From: a bacterium
GTDB lineage: Bacteria > UBA10199 > 2-02-FULL-44-16 > DYJF01
Length of the DNA: 64,000 nucleotides
Direction of reading: 5' to 3'
Assembly (NCBI GenBank): GCA_041739675.1
Contig: JBGSNL010000003.1
Coordinates: 5,846 to 69,845, forward strand
Shown here: piece by piece, positions 46,131 through 56,095 of the stretch
Layout of the letters: every line of letters starts with the position of its first letter
Position numbering within the stretch: position 1 is the stretch's first letter
The notes under the pieces: generated by a model
Seen by the model: the letters and a program-made list of their open reading frames with translations, nothing else
What the model was told of the DNA's origin: nothing
Databases searched by the model: none
Position numbers and translations under genes: made by a program

Positions 46131-48863
46131 TTGGCGGCTTGGGGGTTCTTCGCCGATTCTATGCGCACGAGATTTTTCACCTGGCTTGGAAATTTCATAC
46201 CGCGGCACCCGTGGAAGATAGTCGTCACGGCCCTCGTCCTCACGGCGGTCTCCGGGGTGCTCGCGATAACGAGTCTTTCGCTCGACGCCGATCAGGACAA
46301 CCTCATTTCAGAAAAACTTGAGTATCATAAGCGCTACAAGGATTTCCTGCGGGAGTTCGGCGATCAGGAATATCTCTATCTCGTCGTGGAATCGGGCGGC
46401 GACCTTGCCCGCGCAAAAAAATTCGTCAAGTCGGCTGCCGACAGGATTTCGCGTCTGCCCGACATCAGCGAGGTGACGTACAAGATAGACAACCCCGCGT
46501 TAGAGAAAAGTTTTCTGCTTTTGTTGAATCAGGACCAGTTGAGATCTCTGGCCGATATGGTGGGCGGAGGGACCTTTTCGATACAGAGGTTCGCCTCTCT
46601 TTCAAGTCTTGAGGAGCTTTTTTCCGTCATCAATGAAGAGATCCAAAAACCGGTCTCTCCCAAAGAAGAGGAGAAACTGACTTTAGGTTTCAAGTTTTTA
46701 GACGGACTTGTCGGTTCACTGGACAGCGCGGTCACAAACGGCACGCCCTACGAATCTCAGCTGGAGAATCTCTTTTTCGGCGAGGGGAGCTTCGATCCCG
46801 AAGGCTACCTCGTCACAAAAAACAAAAAATTTCTCATCTGCCTCATAATGCCCGCAAAAAATTATGGAACGCTCGCGGTCATCGAAGAGCCGCTTAAGAG
46901 AATCAGAAACGCGATTGAAGAGACAAGATGGGAGTTTCCGGGAATCAAAGCCGGCCTGACGGGCAGGCCCGTTCTGGCAGCGGACGAAATGGCCACGTCA
47001 AACCGTGACATGAACATGGCTACGATACTTTCTCTGATCGCGGTGGCCGTGGTCTTCATAATCGCCTTTCGGAGTGCGGCGCGCCCACTGCTTGCAATGG
47101 CGGCCCTTGTCATGGGGATCGCCTGGACATACGGGTTCGTGACCGTTGCATTCGGGACCTTGAATCTTCTCTCCATAGTATTTGCGATCATACTTGTGGG
47201 CGCATCGATTGAATACGGCATCCACGTCGTCGCAAGATATCAGGAGGAGCTCTCGCGCCACAGAAACATCGACGAGGCGGTGAAAAGAATGCTTCTGGCG
47301 ATAGGCAAAGCCGATCTCACCAGTGCCGCGACAACGGCGGGAGCGTTCGCCACGCTTCTCTTCACGAACTTTCGCGCGTTAAAGCAGCTGGGCGCCATTG
47401 CGGGCATGGGCATTGTATTCTGTGTTTCCGCCATGCTCTTTGTTCTGCCCGCGCTTCTCGTGATCAGGGACCACAAACTGTACGGTGACAGGAAAATGCC
47501 GGCGTGGGCAAAGCCCAAGCCAGCAATGCAGGTGACGGCCATCACGAAGCTTTACCGCCGCCCCGCGTTCCTGCTTGCAGGCGCTGCAATCGTCACGATT
47601 GCGTTATCCCCCTTCGTTCGAAAGATTTTTTTCGATTTCAATCTTTTAAATCTCCAGGCCAAGGGGATCGAGTCCGTCGAATACGAACGGAAGCTAATCA
47701 CGGAATCGGATGAATCGACATGGTTCGCGAACGCCGTTGCGAAAACACCGGAGGAGTCCGCAAAGCTTGCCGAAAAATTCAGAAAACTTCCGGTGGTGAA
47801 AAAGGTGGAGGATATAACATCCATCGTCCCGCTCGATCAGAAGGCGAGGATGTTTCTCATAAGAAGGATGGCGCCGGCGTTTGAAAATATAAAAGGCATA
47901 AAATTCGATGGCGGCAATGTGCCGGTCGACGCAGCGACGCTGGCAAGGCAGATATCGTCATTCGACAGCTCGCTCAGCCGTCTTGAGGAGGAGGCCTTTT
48001 CCGCCGGACGCATAGATGCTGTTGAGGAGCTTGAAGGATTCAGGGACAGGGTTTCAAAACTGGCGCGTGATATCGAAGCGGCGCCTGAGGCGTCATTTCG
48101 CATCGCTGAATTCGAAAAGGCCTTTTTCGGCGATCTCCACGACAAACTTGATCTTCTCGCCTCCGGTATGCACCCTGCGCCCTTGAAAATAGGGGATATG
48201 CCGCCCGCGATCCAGCGAAGGTTCATAAGCCCCAAAGGGAATTACGCGATATACATAACGCCCGCTGAGGACATCTGGAACGAGGAGAGTCTCAAGCGTT
48301 TTGTCACGGAGATAAGAAAAGTCGATCCGCTTGTTCTGGGAACGCCGATAGAAGTTTACGAATCGGGACGGATCATGGTCCGCGCGTTTCTGATCTCCGG
48401 CGTGCTTGCGTTCATAGTCATCTACATGCTGGCGCTCATAGACTTCAAGTCCATCAGGGCGGCGGCGATGGCGACAATGCCGCTTTTTTTAGGCGGCCTC
48501 TGGCTCGTTTCGATCATGGGGCTTTTTGGGATCCCTTTCAATCTGGCGAACTTTTTTGCTATTCCAATCATAATAGGAGTGGGCGTGGACAGCGGCGTCC
48601 ATATCATCCATCGTCTGAAGCAGGAGCGTGAGCTTCCCGCCCTGGGCCGTGCAACGGGAACGTCTGTTTTGCTCACCGCCGCCACAAACGCGATAGGGTT
48701 CGGAATGATGATGATTGCGGCTCACAGGGGGATAGCGAGTTTAGGAATGATCATGGCGATCGGGACCATCTGCTGTGCGGTTGCAGCACTTCTTGTCATG
48801 CCGCCGATCGCATGGAGATTTTTGGGTTTTCATGATGAAAAATCCCGAGGGGGGATAAAATGA
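46131..48863 (+). CDS. MMPL/RND-superfamily lipid exporter (HpnN-like candidate)
   Basis: Two-lobed architecture: each lobe has an N-terminal TM helix, a large periplasmic domain and a cluster of five or more TM helices. About 910 aa. Confidence 0.7.
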   Translation: MAAWGFFADSMRTRFFTWLGNFIPRHPWKIVVTALVLTAVSGVLAITSLSLDADQDNLISEKLEYHKRYKDFLREFGDQEYLYLVVESGGDLARAKKFVKSAADRISRLPDISEVTYKIDNPALEKSFLLLLNQDQLRSLADMVGGGTFSIQRFASLSSLEELFSVINEEIQKPVSPKEEEKLTLGFKFLDGLVGSLDSAVTNGTPYESQLENLFFGEGSFDPEGYLVTKNKKFLICLIMPAKNYGTLAVIEEPLKRIRNAIEETRWEFPGIKAGLTGRPVLAADEMATSNRDMNMATILSLIAVAVVFIIAFRSAARPLLAMAALVMGIAWTYGFVTVAFGTLNLLSIVFAIILVGASIEYGIHVVARYQEELSRHRNIDEAVKRMLLAIGKADLTSAATTAGAFATLLFTNFRALKQLGAIAGMGIVFCVSAMLFVLPALLVIRDHKLYGDRKMPAWAKPKPAMQVTAITKLYRRPAFLLAGAAIVTIALSPFVRKIFFDFNLLNLQAKGIESVEYERKLITESDESTWFANAVAKTPEESAKLAEKFRKLPVVKKVEDITSIVPLDQKARMFLIRRMAPAFENIKGIKFDGGNVPVDAATLARQISSFDSSLSRLEEEAFSAGRIDAVEELEGFRDRVSKLARDIEAAPEASFRIAEFEKAFFGDLHDKLDLLASGMHPAPLKIGDMPPAIQRRFISPKGNYAIYITPAEDIWNEESLKRFVTEIRKVDPLVLGTPIEVYESGRIMVRAFLISGVLAFIVIYMLALIDFKSIRAAAMATMPLFLGGLWLVSIMGLFGIPFNLANFFAIPIIIGVGVDSGVHIIHRLKQERELPALGRATGTSVLLTAATNAIGFGMMMIAAHRGIASLGMIMAIGTICCAVAALLVMPPIAWRFLGFHDEKSRGGIK

Positions 48864-49504
48864 AAAAATTCGCTTTCTTGCTGGCGCTGGCGCTCGGTTT
48901 CCTTTTTGTGGTTCCGGCGCAGGCCGAAGAGAAGGACATGTTGCGGAAGGGTGTTGACCGCAGATACCGTCTGTCAAAGAAACTCCAGAGCGAGATAAAC
49001 ATCAACGGCGGTGATTTTCTGGGCGATGAGACGCATAATTCCTGGAGCGTGGGCGCAAAATATTTTCTTCACATTAACAACACGATCGCGGTCGGCGCGT
49101 CATATATGTACACGCCGATCTACACCGATTTCGATTCTACGTTCGGCAAAACGGTGAAAAGCAGACAGCAGCACTTCATTGACGGCGAGGTGATGTTTTC
49201 AAACGACGCGGCGCTTCGCGCGGGGAACAGCGTTATCGAATTCGATCTGTTCGGAACATTGGGCATGGGAACAGAATGGATCAACAGGCATTGGGAGCCG
49301 GTCGGGGTGATCGGCGGCGGCATAATAGTTTACACTCCCTGGCCCTGGTTTGCGGCCCGCGTCGACGTCACCAACTATATCCATCCCACCCCCAATCCCA
49401 GCGGGGACACAATCAACGCGGATATAAATTTCGCCGCGGGAGTTTCGTTCTTTTTTCCTGTGAAGAGAATCAACGAAGAGGGCGGGCCCGTTTTGAGCCC
49501 GTAA
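48860..49504 (+). CDS. Outer-membrane beta-barrel protein, unknown function
   Basis: Signal peptide MKKFAFLLALALGFLFVVPAQA. Alternating amphipathic strands. C-terminal aromatic-rich segment. Translationally coupled (ATGA) to the MMPL gene. Confidence 0.5.
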   Translation: MKKFAFLLALALGFLFVVPAQAEEKDMLRKGVDRRYRLSKKLQSEININGGDFLGDETHNSWSVGAKYFLHINNTIAVGASYMYTPIYTDFDSTFGKTVKSRQQHFIDGEVMFSNDAALRAGNSVIEFDLFGTLGMGTEWINRHWEPVGVIGGGIIVYTPWPWFAARVDVTNYIHPTPNPSGDTINADINFAAGVSFFFPVKRINEEGGPVLSP

Positions 49505-49544
49505 TTCGTTGACAATCAATTGTTTTATCGGATAGGTAATAAAT

Positions 49545-49781
49545 GTGCAGCCGAATCGTATGGAAAGATGCTGGCGCAGTTTGAAGCCTGAAATACTTGC
49601 CAGATGGGACAAGCTCTCGGAGTACGATTTAACGGGCATCGGCGGCGATTTCGACGGTTTGGTCGAGATCATAAGACAGCGCTATTTTCCCGGCAGATCG
49701 AAGCTCTCAATTGAAGCGGAAATCAGAGATTGGTTGGTTTTGCAGATGGATGAGTTGGAAAAAAGTGAACTTTGCGAGTGA
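49545..49781 (+). CDS. CsbD-like small stress-response protein
   Basis: W..L...DL....G..D.LVEIIRQRY....EAEIRDWL matches the CsbD family consensus. Confidence 0.45.
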   Translation: MQPNRMERCWRSLKPEILARWDKLSEYDLTGIGGDFDGLVEIIRQRYFPGRSKLSIEAEIRDWLVLQMDELEKSELCE

Positions 49782-49791
49782 AGGAGGGGTC

Positions 49792-50913
49792 ATGAAAGAT
49801 AGAGAAAAATTCTCGGTATTGGACAAGCCCGCCGGTTATAATTTTCCGGAGCTCTCAAAAGAAGACTCGGCCAAAAAGCGCGAAATACTGTCCAGAACCG
49901 TGGAGTCGGTCGACCTTGAAAAAATAAAAGACATCGGCGATCTGGTTGCCGCATATGGGAACGCATCTGTGCAGGCCAGGAACATCGGCGCGTGCGCGCA
50001 GATCTACGACCGCATGCTGCGCGACCGCGACCGCCCGACCGTCATGCTGGGGCTCGCGGGCCCGCTCATTGCAGCGGGGCTGCGCAAAGTTATCAGGGAC
50101 ATGGTCGCCCACAACATGGTCGATGTCATAGTATCCACAGGCGCCATCCTCTATCAGGACCTCTATCAGTCGCAGAATTTTAAGCACTACACCGGCACGC
50201 CAAACGCGGACGACAAAGAGCTCCGCGATCTCTACATCGACCGCATCTATGACACATATGTGGATGAGTCGCAGTTCTGGCGTCTGGATTGCTCGGTCGG
50301 CAGTTTTGCGGACAAGCTTCCCCCGGGGCGATATTCTTCCAGACATTTTTTGGAGGAGCTGGGCCGCTCAGTGAACGATGAAAACTCAATTCTCGCCACG
50401 GCGGCCAAGCACGGAATTCCGGTCTTTTCGCCGGCGATCAACGATTCGTCGATAGGAATCGGTCTCACTGAACATTATCACCGCTGCGTGAAAGAGAACC
50501 GCCGCGGCGTCACGATAGACTCTATCCAGGACAACTACGAACTGACCCAGATCGTCGTCAAATCGAAGGCGACCGCCGCGGTCTACATCGCGGGCGGTGT
50601 TCCCAAAAATTTCATCAACGACTCCGTTGTCATGGCCTACATCTTCAACATGGACACTGGCGGCCACCGCTACGCGATCCAGCTGACCACCGACGTGCCG
50701 CATTGGGGCGGGCTCTCCGGTTCAACCCTCTCCGAGGCGACGAGCTGGGGCAAGGTCTCCAAGGAGGCCACGCACTGCATGGCCTTTGTCGAGCCGTCCG
50801 TCTCACTGCCGCTGGTCGTGGGCTCCGTGTTCAAGGGCTGGCAGGCAACGAAGAGGCCCAGGCTCTCGTTCGAATGGGATCCGCCGATCCTCAAAAACCT
50901 GAAGACAACCTAG
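49792..50913 (+). CDS. Deoxyhypusine synthase family protein (DHS-like / homospermidine-synthase-like)
   Basis: GAAGGAGG RBS. DHS-like core including VDVIVSTGAILYQDL and the GGVPKNF Rossmann-like segment. Confidence 0.6.
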   Translation: MKDREKFSVLDKPAGYNFPELSKEDSAKKREILSRTVESVDLEKIKDIGDLVAAYGNASVQARNIGACAQIYDRMLRDRDRPTVMLGLAGPLIAAGLRKVIRDMVAHNMVDVIVSTGAILYQDLYQSQNFKHYTGTPNADDKELRDLYIDRIYDTYVDESQFWRLDCSVGSFADKLPPGRYSSRHFLEELGRSVNDENSILATAAKHGIPVFSPAINDSSIGIGLTEHYHRCVKENRRGVTIDSIQDNYELTQIVVKSKATAAVYIAGGVPKNFINDSVVMAYIFNMDTGGHRYAIQLTTDVPHWGGLSGSTLSEATSWGKVSKEATHCMAFVEPSVSLPLVVGSVFKGWQATKRPRLSFEWDPPILKNLKTT

Positions 50914-50917
50914 CGTC

Positions 50918-51631
50918 ATGGACGCATCGGAACTCGAAAAACTTACGCTCGGCCAGGATATGGATGCCCGCTCCGCCACGGAGATCGTGGGTTGGGCGTG
51001 GGAAACCTTCAAAGACGATCTTGTTTTTTCCTGCAGCTTCTCCGCTGGCGACATGGTCCTTCTGGATATGCTGGCAAGGATCGACGCAAAACCGAAAATA
51101 ATTTTTGTAGATTCCTGCCGCCTGATTCCGGAGACGTATGAGTTCATCGACGTCGTGATGGATCGCTACCGCATAAAACCCGTTTTTTATTTTCCCGATA
51201 CGAAAAAACTTGCGGCCTATCTTTCAGAGAACGCTCCTAATGCGTTCCGGCACGATCGCGAGCTGAGACTCGCCTGCTGCGAGATAAGAAGGCACGAGCC
51301 TTTGAGACGCGCGAACGCGGGCCACAAAGCGTGGATGGCGGGCTTGAGGCGTTCTCAATGTGAGACGCGGAGGGCCGTAACGAAAGTGTCCATGGATCCG
51401 GTGCATGAAGGGATCGCCAAGATATGTCCAATTGCAGACTGGAGCTGGGAACAGGTTTTCACATATGCAAAAGAGCACAGCGTTCCGGTGCAGCCGCTCT
51501 ACGAACGGGGCTACATGAGCATCGGCTGTGCGCCGTGCACGAGGGCCTCGTCCTCAGGGGACGAGCGGGCCGGCCGCTGGTGGTGGGAGTCCTCCTCAGA
51601 GAGGGAAGACGGGGTTCACTTCATTTTCTAA
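50918..51631 (+). CDS. PAPS/APS reductase family protein (CysH-like, with an Fe-S Cys pair and CxxC)
   Basis: N-terminal [12 protein letters not shown] (PP-loop-like). CC (LACCEIRR) plus SIGCAPCT cysteines as in APS reductases. Starts 5 nt after the DHS-like gene. Confidence 0.6.
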   Translation: MDASELEKLTLGQDMDARSATEIVGWAWETFKDDLVFSCSFSAGDMVLLDMLARIDAKPKIIFVDSCRLIPETYEFIDVVMDRYRIKPVFYFPDTKKLAAYLSENAPNAFRHDRELRLACCEIRRHEPLRRANAGHKAWMAGLRRSQCETRRAVTKVSMDPVHEGIAKICPIADWSWEQVFTYAKEHSVPVQPLYERGYMSIGCAPCTRASSSGDERAGRWWWESSSEREDGVHFIF

Positions 51632-53309
51632 GATGCACCATCAAAATTGAAATGGCGGCGGGCGTAATGCCGGGGATGCGCGATGCCTGGGCGAGGCTCA
51701 CGGGTCTTATTTTTTGGAGTTTTTCTCTCACCTCGTTTGACAAACCGTTGACCGGCCCGTAGGCGAATTGACGCGGGATCAGAAAATCTTCCAGTTCGCC
51801 CAGTCTTGCGGCCATGCGTTTCTGCGATTTGAGATAACCATCGTATTTGAGTTGGATTGTCGCGGCCTCAACCACTTCATCGTCAAACGTTCCTGACTTC
51901 CCCGCATTTTTCTGAAGAATTTCGACCGCCTCTTCAATTCGCTGTCTCTTCTTCTCAAAATGGTTCCATTCCGGGTCGCCCACGAGGCCGGCTTTTCTCC
52001 CGACCGTTCGTAATCTTATGTCCGCATTGTCCTCACGAAGCAAAAGCCTGTGCTCCGCGCGCGACGTGAACATCCTGTAGGGTTCGCTCGTCCCCTTTGT
52101 CACGAGATCGTCTATCAGGACGCCGATGTAGGCTTCGCTTCGTTTGAGGATGAGAGGTTCTTTTCCCCTCAATGCGAGCGCCGCATTGATTCCTGCCATG
52201 AGCCCCTGTGCCGCCGCTTCTTCATAACCCGAAGTTCCGTTTATCTGGCCGGCAAGATAAAGACCGGCTATCCGTTTTGTTTCAAGCGTGGGATCAAGCT
52301 GCGTGGGGAAGACAAAATCGTATTCGACGGCATATCCCGGCTGGAGGATTTTTGCGTTCTCAAGCCCCGGAATGGTTCTGAGCATTTCATATTGCACATC
52401 AAGCGGAAGCGAGGTGGAAAGCCCGTTCACATATATCCAGTCGGTTGCGAGCCCTTCTGGCTCAAGGAAGAGCTGATGGCGCTCTTTGTCGGCGAAGCGC
52501 ACTACCTTGTCTTCGATGGAGGGGCAATATCTCGGGCCTACGCCCGCAATCTTTCCCGAATAGAGAGGCGAGCGGCTAAGACTTTTCATGATAACGTCGT
52601 GCGTTTGTTTGTTCGTGTATGTGATGTAGCAGACCATCTGCGGCAGAAGCGGGGCCTTTTCAAAAAATGAAAAGCGCGGCGGAGGATCGTCGCTCTCCTG
52701 TTTCTGGCAGGCAGAAAAATCGATTGTGTTCTTGTCAAGGCGGGGGCAGGTGCCGGTCTTGAGCCGCCCCATTTCAAAGCCAAGATTTCTTAACGACGCA
52801 GAAAGGCCTTTGGATGCAAAATCGTCTATGCGTCCACCGTCTTTGTGCTCCATCCCGAAGTGGAGAAGGCCGTTCAAAAACGTTCCGGTCGTGATGATAA
52901 CTTTTTTTCCTCTTTCTAAAAGCGCTGGAATATCTTCGGCTATTTCCTCACGCAGAGTGATGTTGGGTTCGTGCTCAAGGACTTCACGCATTCTTTTGTG
53001 ATAAAGCGCGCGGTCGGATTGGCAGCGTGTCGAGCGGACGGCAGGTCCTTTGCTCATGTTGAGGCGGCGGAACTGTATGCCAGTGGCGTCGGCGGTGCGC
53101 CCCATCTCGCCGCCAAGTGCGTCGATCTCGCGGACGATATGTCCTTTGGCCAGGCCGCCTATCGCCGGGTTACAGCTCATCTGGGCTATTGTATCCAGGC
53201 GCCCCGTGAGAAGGAGGACCTTCGCGCCCATGCGCGCGGCCGCCAAGGCCGCCTCGCATCCGGCATGACCTGCTCCGACAACGATTATATCGTATTTTGC
53301 TGGGGTCAT
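51621..53309 (-). CDS. mnmG: tRNA uridine 5-carboxymethylaminomethyl modification enzyme MnmG (GidA)
   Basis: N-terminus [23 protein letters not shown] and GidA-like sequence throughout. Confidence 0.85.
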   Translation of the reverse strand: MTPAKYDIIVVGAGHAGCEAALAAARMGAKVLLLTGRLDTIAQMSCNPAIGGLAKGHIVREIDALGGEMGRTADATGIQFRRLNMSKGPAVRSTRCQSDRALYHKRMREVLEHEPNITLREEIAEDIPALLERGKKVIITTGTFLNGLLHFGMEHKDGGRIDDFASKGLSASLRNLGFEMGRLKTGTCPRLDKNTIDFSACQKQESDDPPPRFSFFEKAPLLPQMVCYITYTNKQTHDVIMKSLSRSPLYSGKIAGVGPRYCPSIEDKVVRFADKERHQLFLEPEGLATDWIYVNGLSTSLPLDVQYEMLRTIPGLENAKILQPGYAVEYDFVFPTQLDPTLETKRIAGLYLAGQINGTSGYEEAAAQGLMAGINAALALRGKEPLILKRSEAYIGVLIDDLVTKGTSEPYRMFTSRAEHRLLLREDNADIRLRTVGRKAGLVGDPEWNHFEKKRQRIEEAVEILQKNAGKSGTFDDEVVEAATIQLKYDGYLKSQKRMAARLGELEDFLIPRQFAYGPVNGLSNEVREKLQKIRPVSLAQASRIPGITPAAISILMVHLRK

Positions 53310-53355
53310 AATCTTATGAGCGGCTTAAAGCATAATCATGACGGAAACGGCAAAT

Positions 53356-53386
53356 AAAAAAGGCGGCCTTTTCGGCCGCCTTTTCT
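53356..53386. terminator. Bidirectional Rho-independent terminator between mnmG and the TSP3 gene
   Basis: AAAAA-GGCGGCC-TTTTC-GGCCGCC-TTTTCT. Confidence 0.6.
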
Positions 53387-53401
53387 GCATCGTATCTTTA
53401 A

Positions 53402-54292
53402 TTACTTGAGCTTCCTGCGTATCGCCAGAGGGGCAATAGAGATGGCGAGAATCAGAATAGAGACCACATTTGACGCGTGACCCGTGTTGACGATAGTCGA
53501 GCTGCATCCGCCGCCGGTGGAGGCGCTGCCGGTATCGCATGCATCGCCTATTCCGTCGCCGTCCGTATCGATCTGGTCCGCATTCTCTTCAGCAACGCAG
53601 TTATCGACGTCATCAAAAAGTCCGTCTGCGTCTGTGTCGGGGCAGCCCCACTCATTGACCGCGGTGCTGGCAGGTGTATCCACGCAAAGATCGTCAACGT
53701 CGGCTACTGTGTCGCCGTCCGTGTCTATCGGGAGAGAACCGGTGAGATCGGGGTCGTCAGCAATTATGGTGCATCCGACTTCGTCCACTTCGGTATCTGC
53801 GGGGGTATCGCCGCATTCGTCGTCGCCATTACGGATTCCGTCGCCATCGTTATCAAGAGTCGGCCATGCAGAAACCTCTGGTCTCAATGGATAGGCGGAA
53901 AGTATCTCAATTGGGCAACCGTGACTATCGACCGTGGTTCCCGGTACCGTGTATAGACAATCATCTTCACTGTCCAAAACGTCATCGCCGTCGTCGTCGT
54001 TATCGAAGAGATCCCTTATTCCGTCATCATCGTAATCACCGAACATAGATGGAGGGCAACCGTTTCTGGCGGGGTTGGTATTGGCTATACCCTGCTTATC
54101 AGGGCAAGCGTCTACGCTGTTTGCGATGCCATCGCTATCAGTGTCGGAAGAAGGCAGCGTTCTGCTCACCCCGACATCTATTTCATAGCCACTGAGTGCT
54201 ATGTCGTCACTCGCCGGTTCCGCCATCACTTTGGCGCCGACCAGCAAGCCGGCAACGACTATCAGGGCAAACACAAAAAACTTTGACTTCAT
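53402..54292 (-). CDS. Secreted thrombospondin-type-3-like Ca-binding repeat protein with a MYXO-CTERM/PEP-CTERM-class C-terminal tail
   Basis: Start chosen at MKSKFFVFALIVVAGLLVGAKVMA with a GGGAGGAAC RBS. Repeated DxDxDGxxDxxD motifs. C-terminus GGGCSS-x10-VVSILILAISIAPLAI-RRKLK. Confidence 0.65.
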   Translation of the reverse strand: MKSKFFVFALIVVAGLLVGAKVMAEPASDDIALSGYEIDVGVSRTLPSSDTDSDGIANSVDACPDKQGIANTNPARNGCPPSMFGDYDDDGIRDLFDNDDDGDDVLDSEDDCLYTVPGTTVDSHGCPIEILSAYPLRPEVSAWPTLDNDGDGIRNGDDECGDTPADTEVDEVGCTIIADDPDLTGSLPIDTDGDTVADVDDLCVDTPASTAVNEWGCPDTDADGLFDDVDNCVAEENADQIDTDGDGIGDACDTGSASTGGGCSSTIVNTGHASNVVSILILAISIAPLAIRRKLK

Positions 54293-54495
54293 AGTTCCTC
54301 CCACTGTTTGTTCAGCCTGATATAAAGCAAGAAGAATGCCAAATTCGCATGGAGAAAAAGTCAATGATTGTGAAGTGTTAAAGTTTGGTGATATGAAACC
54401 CACATTATATATATGGAGAATCGGTCCAAATATGGGGTCTTGAGTCACCATAAGAAATCTTGCCTTTTATTGATTCTTTCCATAGGCTGCGCCTC

Positions 54496-55218
54496 ATGAA
54501 AAACGGAAAAGCTTTGATCACGGGTTCCACGGGTGCCATCGGCGGGGCAATTGCCGTTGAGCTGGCAAAGAGGGGCTACGATCTGGCCCTTCATTATAAT
54601 ACGAATAAAAAGAAGGCCATGCAATTGGCCGAACAGACAAGATCGGTCGGTAAGAAGGTTTTTGCAGTGGGCGCCGATATCGGGCAGGTGGGGGAGATAA
54701 AAAAGCTCGTTGAAAGCGCCGTGTCCGGTTTGGGGGGGTTGAGCCTTCTGGTCCACTGCGCCGCGGTTTTTATGAAGACCTCATTTGAAGATGTGAAAGA
54801 AGAAGTCTTTGACGACATCATAAATATCAATCTCAAGGCCGCTTTTTTTGTCGCGCAGGAGGCCTCGCGCGTGATGGAAGAGGAAGGCCGGATGATCTTC
54901 ATGAGCGATATTGCCGCCGTAAAGCCGTATGCGGGATATCTGCCGTACTGCATCGCGAAGGCGGCGGTTGATAGCCTGGTTCGCGGGCTCGCGAAAAAAT
55001 ATGCGCCCAGAATTGCGGTCAATGCGATCGCGCCCTATATCGTTACGCGCCCTAAAGGGATGAGCGATGCAGGCTGGAACGATCTCATCAGCAAGACGCC
55101 GGCCAGGCGCGAGAGCCCGCCGCAAGAAATTGCGCAGATTGTGACGTTTCTGGCAAAGGCTTCGCCGTCGCTGACGGGACAGATCATCGCGGTGGACGGG
55201 GGTCGATTATTGCGGTGA
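54496..55218 (+). CDS. SDR-family oxidoreductase (possibly pteridine-reductase-like)
   Basis: TGSTGAIGGAIA Rossmann motif. YxxxK in YCIAKAAVD. Followed by a queD/PTPS-family gene. Confidence 0.65.
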   Translation: MKNGKALITGSTGAIGGAIAVELAKRGYDLALHYNTNKKKAMQLAEQTRSVGKKVFAVGADIGQVGEIKKLVESAVSGLGGLSLLVHCAAVFMKTSFEDVKEEVFDDIININLKAAFFVAQEASRVMEEEGRMIFMSDIAAVKPYAGYLPYCIAKAAVDSLVRGLAKKYAPRIAVNAIAPYIVTRPKGMSDAGWNDLISKTPARRESPPQEIAQIVTFLAKASPSLTGQIIAVDGGRLLR

Positions 55219-55337
55219 AGGCGGAGGCGTAGGGCAACTCTTCGCAGTCTCTCGGCTTGGCTGGTGCACACCAGATTATGGGCGTGGGAGAGAGACGAGA
55301 AGAGTTGGCCGAGAGCGTCCGCCGTCGAGGAGAAAAA

Positions 55338-55739
55338 ATGTATTCCATCAGCAAATCGTTTTCATTCTGTTACGGTCACAGGCTGCTTGGCGACAAGGGC
55401 AAGTGCAGGAACCTTCACGGGCACACCGCAAAAGTGGTCATACATCTGGAATCGGGTATTTTGGACGAGAACGGGATGGTCTGCCACTTCGACAATCTGA
55501 AAAATACGATCGGAAAATGGATCGAGGAGAATCTCGATCACGCGATGCTGCTCTCAAAAGACGATCCTGCGGCGAAGGTGTTAAAAGAGATCGGCGAGCG
55601 TCTGTATGTCATGGAGACAAATCCCACGGCCGAAAGCATCGCGAAGCTGATTCACACGCAGGCGAAATCCCAAAAGTTGCCCGTTGCGCGAGTAGAAATG
55701 TGGGAATCCGACACGGCCAAAGCTTCATACAGCGTGTAA
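55338..55739 (+). CDS. queD: 6-carboxy-5,6,7,8-tetrahydropterin synthase / 6-pyruvoyl-tetrahydropterin synthase family
   Basis: FSFCYGHRLLGDKGKCRNLHGHT matches the PTPS/QueD Cys/His-motif family. About 133 aa. Confidence 0.7.
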   Translation: MYSISKSFSFCYGHRLLGDKGKCRNLHGHTAKVVIHLESGILDENGMVCHFDNLKNTIGKWIEENLDHAMLLSKDDPAAKVLKEIGERLYVMETNPTAESIAKLIHTQAKSQKLPVARVEMWESDTAKASYSV

Positions 55740-55766
55740 AGCGAGTTGGTCGAAAGCCCTCGAGCT

Positions 55767-55994
55767 TTACACCGAAATCACTTCTTTTAATTCCGGAAAC
55801 GAATCGCGAAGAATCTGCTCCACGCCCGCCTTCAATGTCATCAAAGAAAAGGGGCAGCAGCCGCAGGCGCCGGTGAGCTTCACGACGATCGTGTTGTCGT
55901 CTTTGATTTCCACCAGATCCACTCCGCCGCCGTCGGCCTGAAGCCTGGGCCTGATTTTTTCGTTCAATACCTTTTCAACTTCCTCGCGCTTCAT
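55767..55994 (-). CDS. NifU-like (Nfu-type) Fe-S cluster scaffold domain protein
   Basis: LQADGGGVDLVEI...GACGCCPFS is the CxxC Nfu motif. Confidence 0.65.
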   Translation of the reverse strand: MKREEVEKVLNEKIRPRLQADGGGVDLVEIKDDNTIVVKLTGACGCCPFSLMTLKAGVEQILRDSFPELKEVISV

Positions 55995-56095
55995 TGGGCC
56001 TCCCTTTGGTCTTGTTCGAACGCGGCGGACCCTAGCAATTATTGGATTCCCGCGCAAGTGATTTGACGGCTTGACTTAACAGTGCCGGATCGGGC

